From Eledone cirrhosa (lineage: Eukaryota): a stretch of DNA of 64,000 nt. Made by a program: the position numbers and the translations under genes. The notes under the pieces are model-generated. The model was not told the DNA's origin. It did no database searches and saw only the letters and a program-made list of their open reading frames with translations. Within the stretch, counting starts at the first letter, position 1; each line of letters starts with the position of its first letter. Shown one piece after another: positions 29,301-42,719 of this stretch. The DNA lies in contig OZ024742.1 in NCBI GenBank assembly GCA_964016885.1, positions 163,866,001-163,930,000 on the forward strand, written 5' to 3'.

Positions 29301-32300
29301 TTGGACGGCTGGAAATTATCTCCCCTTGATTATTTTTACAAATTATCTCCCCCTGATTTTTTTTTACAAATTATCTCCCCCTGATTTTTTTTTACAAATT
29401 ATCTCCCCCTGATTTTTTTTACAAATTATCTCCCCCTGATATTTTTTACAAATTATCTCCCCCTGATTTTTTTACAAATTATCTCCCCTTGGCTGGCTGG
29501 AAATTATCTCCCCTTGGAGGCTGGAATTTATCTCCCCTTGGACGGCTAGAAATTACCTCGCCTTGGACGGCTGGAAAATATGTCTCCTTGGACGGCTGGA
29601 AATGATCTCCCCTTGGACGGCTGGAAATTATCTGCCCTTGGACGGCTGGAAATTATCTCCCCTTGGACGGCTAGATATTACCTCCCCTTGGACGGCTGGA
29701 AATTATCTCCCCTTGATTTTTTTTACAAATTATCTCCCCCTGATTTTTTTTTACAAATTATCTCCCCCTGATTTTTTTTTACGAATTATCTCCCCCTGAT
29801 TTTTTATTACAAATTATCTCCGCCTGATTTTTTTAAAAAAATGATCTCCCCTTGAACGGCTGGAAATTATCTCCCCTTGGACGGCTGGAAATTATCTCCC
29901 CTTGGACGGCTAGAAATTACCTCTCCTTGGACGGCTGAAAATTATCTCCCCTTTGACGGCTGCAAATTATCTCCCCTTGATTTTATAACAAATTATCTCC
30001 CCCTGATTTTTTTTTACAAATTATCTCCCCCTGATTTTTTTTTACAAATTATCTACGCCTAATTTTTTTTACAAATTATCTCCCCCTGATTTTTTTTTAC
30101 AAATTATCTCCCCCTGATTTTTTTTACAAATTATCTCCCCCTGATTTTTTTTTACAAATTATTTCCCCCTGATTTTTTTACAAATTATCTCCCCCCTGAT
30201 TTTTTTTTCAATCTCCGCCTGATTTTTTTAAAAATTATCTTCCCTTGACTGGCGGGAAATTATCTCCCCTTGGACGGCTGGAAATTATATCCCCTTGGAA
30301 GGATGGAAATTATCTCCCCTTGGACGGCTGGAAATTATCTCCTCTTGGACGGCTGGAAATTATCTCCCCTTGGACAGCTGGAAATTATCTGCCCTTGATT
30401 TTGATTTTACAAATTATCTCCCCCTGATTTTTTTTACAAATTATCTCCACCTGATTTTTAAAAAAATTATCTCCCCTTGGACGGCTGGAAATTATCTCCC
30501 CTTGATTTTTTTACAAATTATCTCCTCCTGATTTTTTTTACAAATTATCTCCCCCTGATTTTTTTTACAAATTATCTCCCCCTGATTTTTTTACAAATTA
30601 TCTCCCCCTGATTTTTTTTACAAATTATCTCCGCCTGATTTTTTTACATATTATCTTCCCTTGGCTGGCGGGAAATTATCTCCCCTTGGACGGCTGAAAA
30701 TTATCTCCCCTTGGACGGCTGGAAATTATCTCCCCTTGATTTTTTTTACAAATTATCTCCCCCTGATTTTTTTTTACAAATTATCTCCCCCTGATTTTTT
30801 TTTACAAATTATCTCCCCCTGATTTTTTTTTACCAGTTATCTCACCCTGATTTTTTTTACAAATTATCTCTCCCTGATTTTTTTACAAATTATCTCCCCT
30901 TGGCTGGCTGGAAATTATCTCCCCTTGGAGGCTGGAATTTATCTCCCCTTGGACGGCTAGAAATTACCTCTCCTTGGACGGCTGGAAAATATGTCTCCTT
31001 GGACGGCTGGATATTATCTACCCTTGGACGGCTGGAAATTATCTCCCCTTGGACGGCTGGAAATTATCTCCCCTTGATTTTTTTACAAATTATCTCCCCC
31101 TGATTTTTTTACAAATTATCTCCCCCTGATTTTTTTTACAAATTATCTCCGCCTAATTTTTTTAAATATTATCTTCCCTTGGCTGGCGGGAAATTATCTC
31201 CCCTTGGACGGCTGAAAATTATCTCCCCTTGGACGGCTGGAAATTATCTCCCCTTGATTTTTTTTACAAATTATCTCCCCCTGATTATTTTTTACAAATT
31301 ATCTCCCCCTGATTTTTTTTACAAATTATCTCCCCCTGATCTTTTTACAAATTATCTCCCCTTGGCTGGCTGGAAATTATCTCCTCCTGGAGGCTGGAAT
31401 TTATCTCCCCTTGTACGGCTAGAAATTACCTCTCCTTGGACGGCTGGAAAATATGTCTCCTTGGACGGCTGGAAATTATCTCCCCTTGGACGGCTGGAAA
31501 TTATCTCCCCTTGGACGGCTGGAAATTATCTCTCCTTGGAAGGCTAGAAATTACCTCTCCTTGGACGGCTGAAAATTATCTCCCCTTGGACGGCTGGAAA
31601 TTATCTCCCCTTGATTTTTGTTACAAATTATCTCCCCCTGATTTTTTTTTTACAAATTATCTCCCCCTGATTTTTTTACAAATTATCTCCCCCTGATTTT
31701 TTTTACAAATTATCTCCGCCTGATTTTTTTAAATATTATCTTCCCTTGGCTGGCGGGAAATTATCTCCCCTTGGACGGCTGAAAATTATCTCCCCTTGGA
31801 CGGCTGGAAATTATCTCCCCTTGATTTTTTTTACAAATTATCTCCCCCTGATTTTTTTTTACAAATTATCTCCCCCTGATTTTTTTTTACAAATTATCTC
31901 CCCCTGATTTTTTTTACAAATTATCTCCCCCTGATTTTTTTTACAAATCTCCTAATGATTTTTTTTAAAAAATTATCTCCCCTTCGCTGGCTGGAAATTA
32001 TCTCCCCTTTGGACGCTGGAAATTATAGCCCCTTGGAGGGCTGGAAATTATCTTCCCTTGGACGGCTGGAAATTATCTCCCCTTGATTTTTTTTACAAAT
32101 TATCTACCCCTGATTTTTTTTACAAATTATCTCCCCCTGATTTTTTTTACAAATTATCTCCCCCTGATTTTTTTACAAATTATCTCCCCCTGATTTTTTT
32201 ACAAATTATCTCCCCCTGATTTTTTTTTACAAATTATCTACGCCTAATTTTTTTTACAAATTATCTCCCCCTGATTTTTTTTTACAAATTATCTCCCCCT

Positions 32301-35300
32301 GATTTTTTTTTACAAATTATCTCCCCCTGATTTTTTTTTACAAATTATCTCCCCCTGATTTTTTTACAAATTATCTCCCCCCTGATTTTTATTACAATCT
32401 CCGCCTGATTTTTTAAAAAATTATCTTCCCTTGGCTGGCGGGAAATTATCTCCCCTTGGACGGCTGGAAATTATATCCCCTTGGAAGGATCGAAATTATC
32501 TCCCCTTGGACGGCTGGAAATTATCTCCCCTTGGACGGCTGGAAATTATCTCCCCTTGGACAGCTGGAAATTATCTGCCCTTGATTTTGTTTTTACAAAT
32601 TATCTCCCCCTGATTTTTTTTACAAATTATCTCCCCCTGATTTTTTTTACAAATTATCTCCCCTTGGACGGCTGGAAATTATCTCCCCTTGGCTCGAAAT
32701 TATCTCCCCTTGGACGGCTAGAAATTATCTCTCTTTGGACGGCTGGAAATTATCTCCCTTTGATTTTTTTTACAAATCTCCCCCTGATTTAAAAAAAAAA
32801 ATTATCTCCCCTTCGCTGGCTGGAAATTATCTCCCTTTGGACACTGGAAATTATAGCCCCTTGGAGGGCTGGAAATTATCTTCCCTTGGACGGCTGGAAA
32901 TTATCTCTCCTTTATTTTTTTTACAAATTATCTCCCCCTGATTTTTTTTTACAAATTATCCCCCCCGATTTTTTTTACAAATTATCTCCCCCTGATTTTT
33001 TTTACAAATTATCTCCCCTTGGACGGCTGGAAATTATCTCCCCTTGGACGGCTGGAAATTATCTCTCCTTGGACGGCTAGAAATTACCTCTCCTTGGACG
33101 GCTGAAAATTATCTCTCCTTGGACGGCTGGAAATTATCTCCCCTTGGACGCCTAGATATTACCTCCCCTTGGACGGCTGGAAATTATCTCCCCTTGATTT
33201 TTTTTACAAATTATCTCCCCCTGATTTTTTTTACAAATTATCTCCACCTGATTTTTTTACAAATTATCTCCCCCTGATTTTTTTTACAAATTATCTCCGC
33301 CTAATTTTTTTAAATATTATCTTCCCTTGGCTGGCGGGAAATTATCTCCCCTTGGACGGCTGAAAATTATCTCCCCTTGGACGGCTGGAAATTATCTCCC
33401 CTTGATTTTTTTTACAAATTATCTCCCCCTGATTTTTTTTTACAAATTATCTCCCCCTGATTTTTTTTTACAAATTATCTCCCCCTGATTTTTTTTTACA
33501 AATTATCTCCCCCTGATTTTTTTTACAAATTATCTCCCCTTGGCTGGCTGGAAATTATCTCCCCTTGGAGGCTGGAATTTATCTCCCCTTGGACGGCTAG
33601 AAATTACCTCTCCTTGGACGGCTGGAAAATATGTCCTTGGACGGCTGGATATTATCTACCCTTGGACGGCTGGAAATTATCTCCCCTTGGAGGCTGGAAA
33701 TTATCTCCCCTTGATTTTTTTTACAAATTATCTCCCCCTGATTTTTTTTACAAATCTAATGATTTTTTAAAAAAAATTATCTCCCCTTCGCTGGCTGGAA
33801 ATTATCTCCCCTTGGACGCTGGAAATTATAGCCCCTTGGAGGGCTGGAAATTATCTTCCCTTGGACGGCTGGAAATTATCTCCCCTTGGCTCGAAATTAT
33901 CTCCCCTTGGACGGCTAGAAATTATCTCTCTTCGGACGGCTGGAAATTATCTCCCTTTGATTTTTTTTACAAATTATCTCCCCCTGATTTTTTTTACAAA
34001 TCTCCCCCTGATTTTTAAAAAAAAATTATCTCCCCTTCGCTGGCTGGAAATTATCTCCCCTTGGACACTGGAAATTATAGCCCCTTGGAGGGCTGGAAAT
34101 TATCTTCCCTTGGACGGCTGGAAATTATCTCTGCTTGATTTTTTTTACAAATTATCTCCCCCTGATTTTTTTTTACAAATTATCCCCGCCGATTTTTTTT
34201 ACAAATTATCTCCCCCTGATTTTTTTTACAAATTATCTCCCCTTGGACGGCTGGAAATTATCTCCCCTTGGACGGCTGGAAATTATCTCCCCTTGGACGG
34301 CTAGAAATTACCTCTCCTTGGACGACTGAAAATTATCTCCCCTTGGACGGCTGCAAATTATCTCCCCTTGATTTTTTTTACAAATTATCTCCGCCTGATT
34401 TTTTTTTTTAAATTATCTCCCCTTGGACGGCTGGAAATTACCTCCCCTTGGACGGCTGGAAATTATCTCCCCTTGGACGGCTAGAAATTACCTCTCATTG
34501 GACGGCTGAAAATTATCTCCCCTTGGACGGCTGGAAATTATCTCCCCTTGATTTTTTTTACAAATTATCTCCCCCTGATTTTTTTTTACAAATTATCTCC
34601 CCCTGATTTTTTTTTTACAAATTATCTCCGCCTGATTTTTTTTTAAAATTATCTCTCCTTGGACGGCTGGATATTATCTCCCCTTTCATTTTTTTTACAA
34701 ATTATCTCCCCCTGATTTTTTTTTACAAATTATCTCCCCCTGATTTTTTTTTACAAATTATCTACCCCTAATTTTTTTTTACAAATTATCTCCCCCTGAT
34801 TTTTTTTTTACAAATTATCTCCCCCTGATTTTTTTACAAATTATCTCCCCCTGATTTTTTTAAATATTATCTTCTTTTGGCTGGCGGGAAATTATCTCCC
34901 CTTGGACGGCTGAAAATTATCTCCCCTTGGACGGCTGGAAATTATCTCCTCTTGATTTTTTTTACAGATTATCTCCCCCTGATTTTTTTTTACAAATTAT
35001 CTCCCCCTGATTTTTTTTTACAAATTATCTCCCCCTGATTTTTTTTTACAAATTATCTCCCCCTGATATTTTTTACAAATTATCTCCCCCTGATTTTTTT
35101 ACAAATTATCTCCCCTTGGCTGGCTGGAAATTATCTCCCCTTGGAGGCTGGAATTTATCTCCCCTTGGACGGCTAGAAATTACCTCGCCTTGGACGGCTG
35201 GAAAATATGTCTCCTTGGACGGCTGGAAATTATCTCCCCTTGGACGGCTGGAAATTATCTCCCCTTGGACGGCTGGAAATTATCTCCCCTTGGACGGCTA

Positions 35301-38300
35301 GATATTACCTCCCCTTGGACGGCTGGAAATTATCTCCCCTTGATTTTTTTTACAAATTATCTCCCCCTGATTTTTTTTTACAAATTATCTCCCCCTGATT
35401 TTTTTTTACGAATTATCTCCCCCTGATTTTTTTTTACAAATTATCTCCGCCTGATTTTTTTTAAAAAATTATCTCCCCTTGAACGGCTGGAAATTATCTC
35501 CCCTTGGACGGCTGGAAATTATCTCCCCTTGGACGGCTAGAAATTACCTCTCCTTGGACGGCTGAAAATTATCTCCCCTTTGACGGCTGCAAATTATCTC
35601 CCCTTGATTTTATAACAAATTATCTCCCCCTGATTTTTTTTTACAAATTATCTCCCCCTGATTTTTTTTTACAAATTATCTACGCCTAATTTTTTTTACA
35701 AATTATCTCCCCCTGATTTTTTTTTACAAATTATCTCCCCCTGATTTTTTTTACAAATTATCTCCCCCTGATTTTTTTTTACAAATTATTTCCCCCTGAT
35801 TTTTTTACAAATTATCTCCCCCCTGATTTTTTTTTCAATCTCCGCCTGATTTTTTTAAAAATTATCTTCCCTTGACTGGCGGGAAATTATCTCCCCTTGG
35901 ACGGCTGGAAATTATATCCCCTTGGAAGGATGGAAATTATCTCCCCTTGGACGGCTGGAAATTATCTCCCCTTGGACGGCTGGAAATTATCTCCCCTTGG
36001 ACAGCTGGAAATTATCTGCCCTTGATTTTGTTTTTACAAATTATCTCCCCCTGATTTTTTTTACAAATTATCTCCACCTGATTTTTAAAAAAATTATCTC
36101 TCCTTGGACGGCTGGAAATTATCTCCCCTTGATTTTTTTACAAATTATCTCCCCCTGATTTTTTTTACAAATTATCTCCCCCTGATTTTTTTTTACAAAT
36201 TATCTCCCCCTGATTTTTTTACAAATTATCTCCCCCTGATTTTTTTTACAAATTATCTCCGCCTGATTTTTTTACATATTATCTTCCCTTGGCTGGCGGG
36301 AAATTATCTCCCCTTGGACGGCTGAAAATTATCTCCCCTTGGACGGCTGGAAATTATCTCCCCTTGATTTTTTTTACAAATTATCTCCCCCTGATTTTTT
36401 TTTACAAATTATCTCCCCCTGATTTTTTTTTACAAATTATCTCCCCCTGATTTTTTTTTACCAGTTATCTCACCCTGATTTTTTTTACAAATTATCTCTC
36501 CCTGATTTTTTTACAAATTATCTCCCCTTGGCTGGCTGGAAATTATCTCCCCTTGGAGGCTGGAATTTATCTCCCCTTGGACGGCTAGAAATTACCTCTC
36601 CTTGGACGGCTGGAAAATATGTCTCCTTGGACGGCTGGATATTATCTACCCTTGGACGGCTGGAAATTATCTCCCCTTGGACGGCTGGAAATTATCTCCC
36701 CTTGATTTTTTTACAAATTATCTCCCCCTGATTTTTTTACAAATTATCTCCCCCTGATTTTTTTTACAAATTATCTCCGCCTAATTTTTTTAAATATTAT
36801 CTTCCCTTGGCTGGCGGGAAATTATCTCCCCTTGGACGGCTGAAAATTATCTCCCCTTGGACGGCTGGAAATTATCTCCCCTTGATTTTTTTTACAAATT
36901 ATCTCCCCCTGATTATTTTTTACAAATTATCTCCCCCTGATTTTTTTTACAAATTATCTCCCCCTGATCTTTTTACAAATTATCTCCCCTTGGCTGGCTG
37001 GAAATTATCTCCTCCTGGAGGCTGGAATTTATCTCCCCTTGTACGGCTAGAAATTACCTCTCCTTGGACGGCTGGAAAATATGTCTCCTTGGACGGCTGG
37101 AAATTATCTCCCCTTGGACGGCTGGAAATTATCTCCCCTTGGACGGCTGGAAATTATCTCTCCTTGGAAGGCTAGAAATTACCTCTCCTTGGACGGCTGA
37201 AAATTATATCCCCTTGGACGGCTGGAAATTATCTCCCCTTGATTTTTGTTACAAATTATCTCCCCCTGATTTTTTTTTTACAAATTATCTCCCCCTGATT
37301 TTTTTACAAATTATCTCCCCCTGATTTTTTTTACAAATTATCTCCGCCTGATTTTTTTAAATATTATCTTCCCTTGGCTGGCGGGAAATTATCTCCCCTT
37401 GGACGGCTGAAAATTATCTCCCCTTGGACGGCTGGAAATTATCTCCCCTTGATTTTTTTTACAAATTATCTCCCCCTGATTTTTTTTTACAAATTATCTC
37501 CCCCTGATTTTTTTTTACAAATTATCTCCCCCTGATTTTTTTTACAAATTATCTCCCCCTGATTTTTTTTACAAATCTCCTAATGATTTTTTTTTAAAAA
37601 TTATCTCCCCTTCGCTGGCTGGAAATTATCTCCCCTTTGGACGCTGGAAATTATAGCCCCTCGGAGGGCTGGAAATTATCTTCCCTTGGACGGCTGGAAA
37701 TTATCTCCCCTTGATTTTTTTTACAAATTATCTACCCCTGATTTCTTTTACAAATTATCTCCCCCTGATTTTTTTTACAAATTATCTCCCCCTGATTTTT
37801 TTACAAATTATCTCCCCCTGATTTTTTTACAAATTATCTCCCCCTGATTTTTTTTTACAAATTATCTACGCCTAATTTTTTTTACAAATTATCTCCCCCT
37901 GATTTTTTTTTACAAATTATCTCCCCCTGATTTTTTTTTACAAATTATCTCCCCCTGATTTTTTTTTACAAATTATCTCCCCCTGATTTTTTTACAAATT
38001 ATCTCCCCCCTGATTTTTATTACAATCTCCGCCTGATTTTTTAAAAAATTATCTTCCCTTGGCTGGCGGGAAATTATCTCCCCTTGGACGGCTGGAAATT
38101 ATATCCCCTTGGAAGGATCGAAATTATCTCCCCTTGGACGGCTGGAAATTATCTCCCCTTGGACGGCTGGAAATTATCTCCCCTTGGACAGCTGGAAATT
38201 ATCTGCCCTTGATTTTGTTTTTACAAATTATCTCCCCCTGATTTTTTTTACAAATTATCTCCCCCTGATTTTTTTTACAAATTATCTCCCCTTGGACGGC

Positions 38301-38700
38301 TGGAAATTATCTCCCCTTGGCTCGAAATTATCTCCCCTTGGACGGCTAGAAATTATCTCTCTTTGGACGGCTGGAAATTATCTCCCTTTGATTTTTTTTA
38401 CAAATCTCCCCCTGATTTAAAAAAAAAAATTATCTCCCCTTCGCTGGCTGGAAATTATCTCCCTTTGGACACTGGAAATTATAGCCCCTTGGAGGGCTGG
38501 AAATTATCTTCCCTTGGACGGCTGGAAATTATCTCTCCTTTATTTTTTTTACAAATTATCTCCCCCTGATTTTTTTTTACAAATTATCCCCCCCGATTTT
38601 TTTTACAAATTATCTCCCCCTGATTTTTTTTACAAATTATCTCCCCTTGGACGGCTGGAAATTATCTCCCCTTGGACGGCTGGAAATTATCTCCCCTTGG
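26370..38700. repeat. Higher-order repeat domain with ~6.63 kb and ~5.63 kb offsets
   Basis: ORF offsets 26538/33169, 26909/33540 (6631); 29563/35190, 30245/35872 (5627), 31179/36807, 32431/38059, 32886/38514 (5628). The second copy lacks about 1 kb present at about 28.4-29.4 kb. Confidence 0.82.
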
Positions 38701-38899
38701 ACGGCTAGAAATTACCTCTCATTGGACGGCTGAAAATTATCTCCCCTTGGACGGCTGGAAATTATCTCCCCTTCATTTTTTTTACAATTATCTCCCCCTG
38801 ATTTTTTTTTACAAATTATCTCCCCCTGATTTTTTTTTTACAAATTATCTCCGCCTGATTTTTTTTTAAAATTATCTCTCCTTGGACGGCTGGATATTA

Positions 38900-41800
38900 T
38901 CTCCCCTTTCATTTTTTTTACAAATTATCTCCCCCTGATTTTTTTTACAAATTATCTCCCCCTGATTTTTTTTTACAAATTATCTAGCCCTGATTTTTTT
39001 TTACAAATTATCTCCCCCTGATTTTTTTTACAAATTATCTCCTCCTGATTTGTTTTTTACAAATTATCTCCCCCTGATTTTTTTTACAAATTATCTCCGC
39101 CTGATTTTTTTAAATATTATCTTCCCTTGGCTGGCGGGAAATTATCTCCCCTTGGACGGCTGAAAATTATCTCCCCTTGGACGGCTGGAAATTATCTCCC
39201 CTTGATTTTTTTTACAAATTATCTCCCCCTGATTTTTTTTTACAAATTATCTCCCCCTGATCTTTTTTTACAAATTATCTCCCCCTGATTTTTTTTTACA
39301 AATTATCTCCCCCTGATTTTTTTTACAAATTATCTCCCCCTGATTTTTTTACAAATTATCTCCCCTTGGCTGGCTGGAAATTATCTCCCCTTGGAGGCTG
39401 GAATTTATCTCCCCTTGGACGGCTAGAAATTACCTCTCCTTGGACGGCTGGAAAATATGTCCTTGGACAGCTGGATATTATCTACCCTTGGACGGCTGGA
39501 AATTATCTCCCCTTGGACGGCTGGAAATTATCTCCCCTTGGACGGCTAGATATTACCTCCCCTTGGACGGCTGGAAATTATCTCCCCTTGATTTTTTTTA
39601 CAAATTATCTCCCCCTGATTTTTTTTTACAAATTATCTCCCCCTGATTTTTTTTTACAAATTATCTCCCCCTGATTTTTTTTTACAAATTATCTACCCCT
39701 GATTTTTTTTTACAAATTATCTCCCCCTGATTTTTTTTACAAATTATCTCCCCCTGATTTTTTTTTACAAATTATCTCCCCCTGATTTTTTTTTACAAAT
39801 TATCTACCCCTGATTTTTTTTACAAATTATCTCCCCCTGATTTTTTTTACAAATTATCTCCCCCTGATTTTGTTTACAAATTATCTCCCCCTGATTTTTT
39901 TACAAATTATCTCCCCCTGATTTTTTTTACAAATTATCTCCGCCTAATTTTTTTAAATATTATCTTCCCTTGGCTGGCGGGAAATTATCTCCCCTTGGAC
40001 GGCTGAAAATTATCTCCCCTTGGACGGCTGGAAATTATCTCCCCTTGATTTTTTTTACAAATTATCTCCCCCTGATTATTTTTTACAAATTATCTCCCCC
40101 TGATTTTTTTTTACAAATTATCTCCCCCTGATTTTTTTTACAAATTATCTCCCTGATTTTTTTACAAATTATCTCCCCTTGGCTGGCTGGAAATTATCTC
40201 CCCTTGGAGGCTGGAATTTATCTCCCCTTGGACGGTTAGAAATTACCTCTCCTTGGACGGCTGGAAAATATGTCTCCTTGGACGGCTGGAGATTATCGCC
40301 CCTTGGACGGCTGGAAATTATCTCCCCTTGGACGGCTAGAAATTACCTCTCCTTGGACGGCTGAAAATATATCTCCCCTTGGACGGCTGCAAATTATCTC
40401 CCCTTGATTTTTTAACAAATTATCTCCCCCTGATTTTTTTTTACAAATTATCTCCCCCTGATTTTTTTTTACAAATTATCTCCCCCTGATTTTTTTACAA
40501 ATTATCTCCCCCTGATTTTTTTTACAATCTCCGCCTGATTTTTTTAAAAATTATCTTCCCTTGGCTGGCGGGAAATTATCTCCCCTTGGACGGCTGGAAA
40601 TTATATCCCCTTGGAAGGATGGAAATTATCTCCCCTTGGACGGCTGGAAATTATCTCCCCTTGGACGGCTGGAAATTATCTCCCCTTTCATTTTTTTTAC
40701 AAATTATCTCCCCCTGATTTTTTTTACAAATTATCTCCCCCTGATTTTTTTTTACAAATTATGTAGCCCTGATTTTTTTTTACAAATTATCTCCCCCTGA
40801 TTTTTTTTACAAATTATCTCCTCCTGATTTTTTTTTTACAAATTATCTCCCCCTGATTTTTTTTACAAATTATCTCCGCCTGATTTTTTTAAATATTATC
40901 TTCCCTTGGCTGGCGGGAAATTATCTCCCCTTGGACGGCTGAAAATTATCTCCCCTTGGACGGCTGGAAATTATCTCCCCTTGATTTTTTTTACAAATTA
41001 TCTCCCCCTGATTTTTTTTTACAAATTATCTCCCCCTGATCTTTTTTTACAAATTATCTCCCCCTGATTTTTTTTTACAAATTATCTCCCCCTGATTTTT
41101 TTTACAAATTATCTCCCCCTGATTTTTTTACAAATTATCTCCCCTTGGCTGGCTGGAAATTATCTCCCCTTGGAGGCTGGAATTTATCTCCCCTTGGACG
41201 GCTAGAAATTACCTCTCCTTGGACGGCTGGAAAATATGTCCTTGGACAGCTGGATATTATCTACCCTTGGACGGCTGGAAATTATCTCCCCTTGGACGGC
41301 TGGAAATTATCTCCCCTTGGACGGCTAGATATTACCTCCCCTTGGACGGCTGGAAATTATCTCCCCTTGATTTTTTTTACAAATTATCTCCCCCTGATTT
41401 TTTTTTACAAATTATCTCCCCCTGATTTTTTTTTACAAATTATCTCCCCCTGATTTTTTTTTACAAATTATCTACCCCTGATTTTTTTTTACAAATTATC
41501 TCCCCCTGATTTTTTTTACAAATTATCTCCCCCTGATTTTTTTTTACAAATTATCTCCCCCTGATTTTTTTTTACAAATTATCTACCCCTGATTTTTTTT
41601 ACAAATTATCTCCCCCTGATTTTTTTTACAAATTATCTCCCCCTGATTTTGTTTACAAATTATCTCCCCCTGATTTTTTTACAAATTATCTCCCCCTGAT
41701 TTTTTTTACAAATTATCTCCGCCTAATTTTTTTAAATATTATCTTCCCTTGGCTGGCGGGAAATTATCTCCCCTTGGACGGCTGAAAATTATCTCCCCTT

Positions 41801-42430
41801 GGACGGCTGGAAATTATCTCCCCTTGATTTTTTTTACAAATTATCTCCCCCTGATTATTTTTTACAAATTATCTACCCCTGATTTTTTTTTACAAATTAT
41901 CTCCCCCTGATTTTTTTTACAAATTATCTCCCTGATTTTTTTACAAATTATCTCCCCTTGGCTGGCTGGAAATTATCTCCCCTTGGAGGCTGGAATTTAT
42001 CTCCCCTTGGACGGTTAGAAATTACCTCTCCTTGGACGGCTGGAAAATATGTCTCCTTGGACGGCTGGAGATTATCGCCCCTTGGACGGCTGGAAATTAT
42101 CTCCCCTTGGACGGCTAGAAATTACCTCTCCTTGGACGGCTGAAAATATATCTCCCCTTGGACGGCTGCAAATTATCTCCCCCTGATTTTTTTTTACAAA
42201 TTATCTCCCCCTGATTTTTTTTTACAAATTATCTCCCCCTGATTTTTTTACAAATTATCTCCCCCTGATTTTTTTTACAATCTCCGCCTGATTTTTTTAA
42301 AAATTATCTTCCCTTGGCTGGCGGGAAATTATCTCCCCTTGGACGGCTGGAAATTATATCCCCTTGGAAGGATGGAAATTATCTCCCCTTGGACGGCTGG
42401 AAATTATCTCCCCTTGGACGGCTGGAAATT
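38900..42430. repeat. 1779-bp direct tandem duplication
   Basis: TCCCCTTTCATTT at 38902 and 40681; ORFs 39366/41145, 40179/41958 (1779); 40561/42314 (1753, one B monomer lost). Shared rare variant GGAGATTATCGCCCC. Confidence 0.88.
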
Positions 42431-42719
42431 ATCTCCCCTTGGACAGCTGGAAATTATCTGCCCTTGATTTTGTTTTTACAAATTATCTCCCCCTGATTTT
42501 TTTTACAAATTATCTCCACCTGATTTTTTAAAAAATTATCTCCCCTTGGACGGCTGGAAATTATCTCCCCTTGATTTTTTTACAAATTATCTCCCCCTGA
42601 TTTTTTTTACAAATTATCTCCCCCTGATTTTTTGTTACAAATTATCTCCCCCTGATTTTTTTACAAATTATCTCCCCCTGATTTTTTTTACAAATTATCT
42701 CCGCCTGATTTTTTTAAAT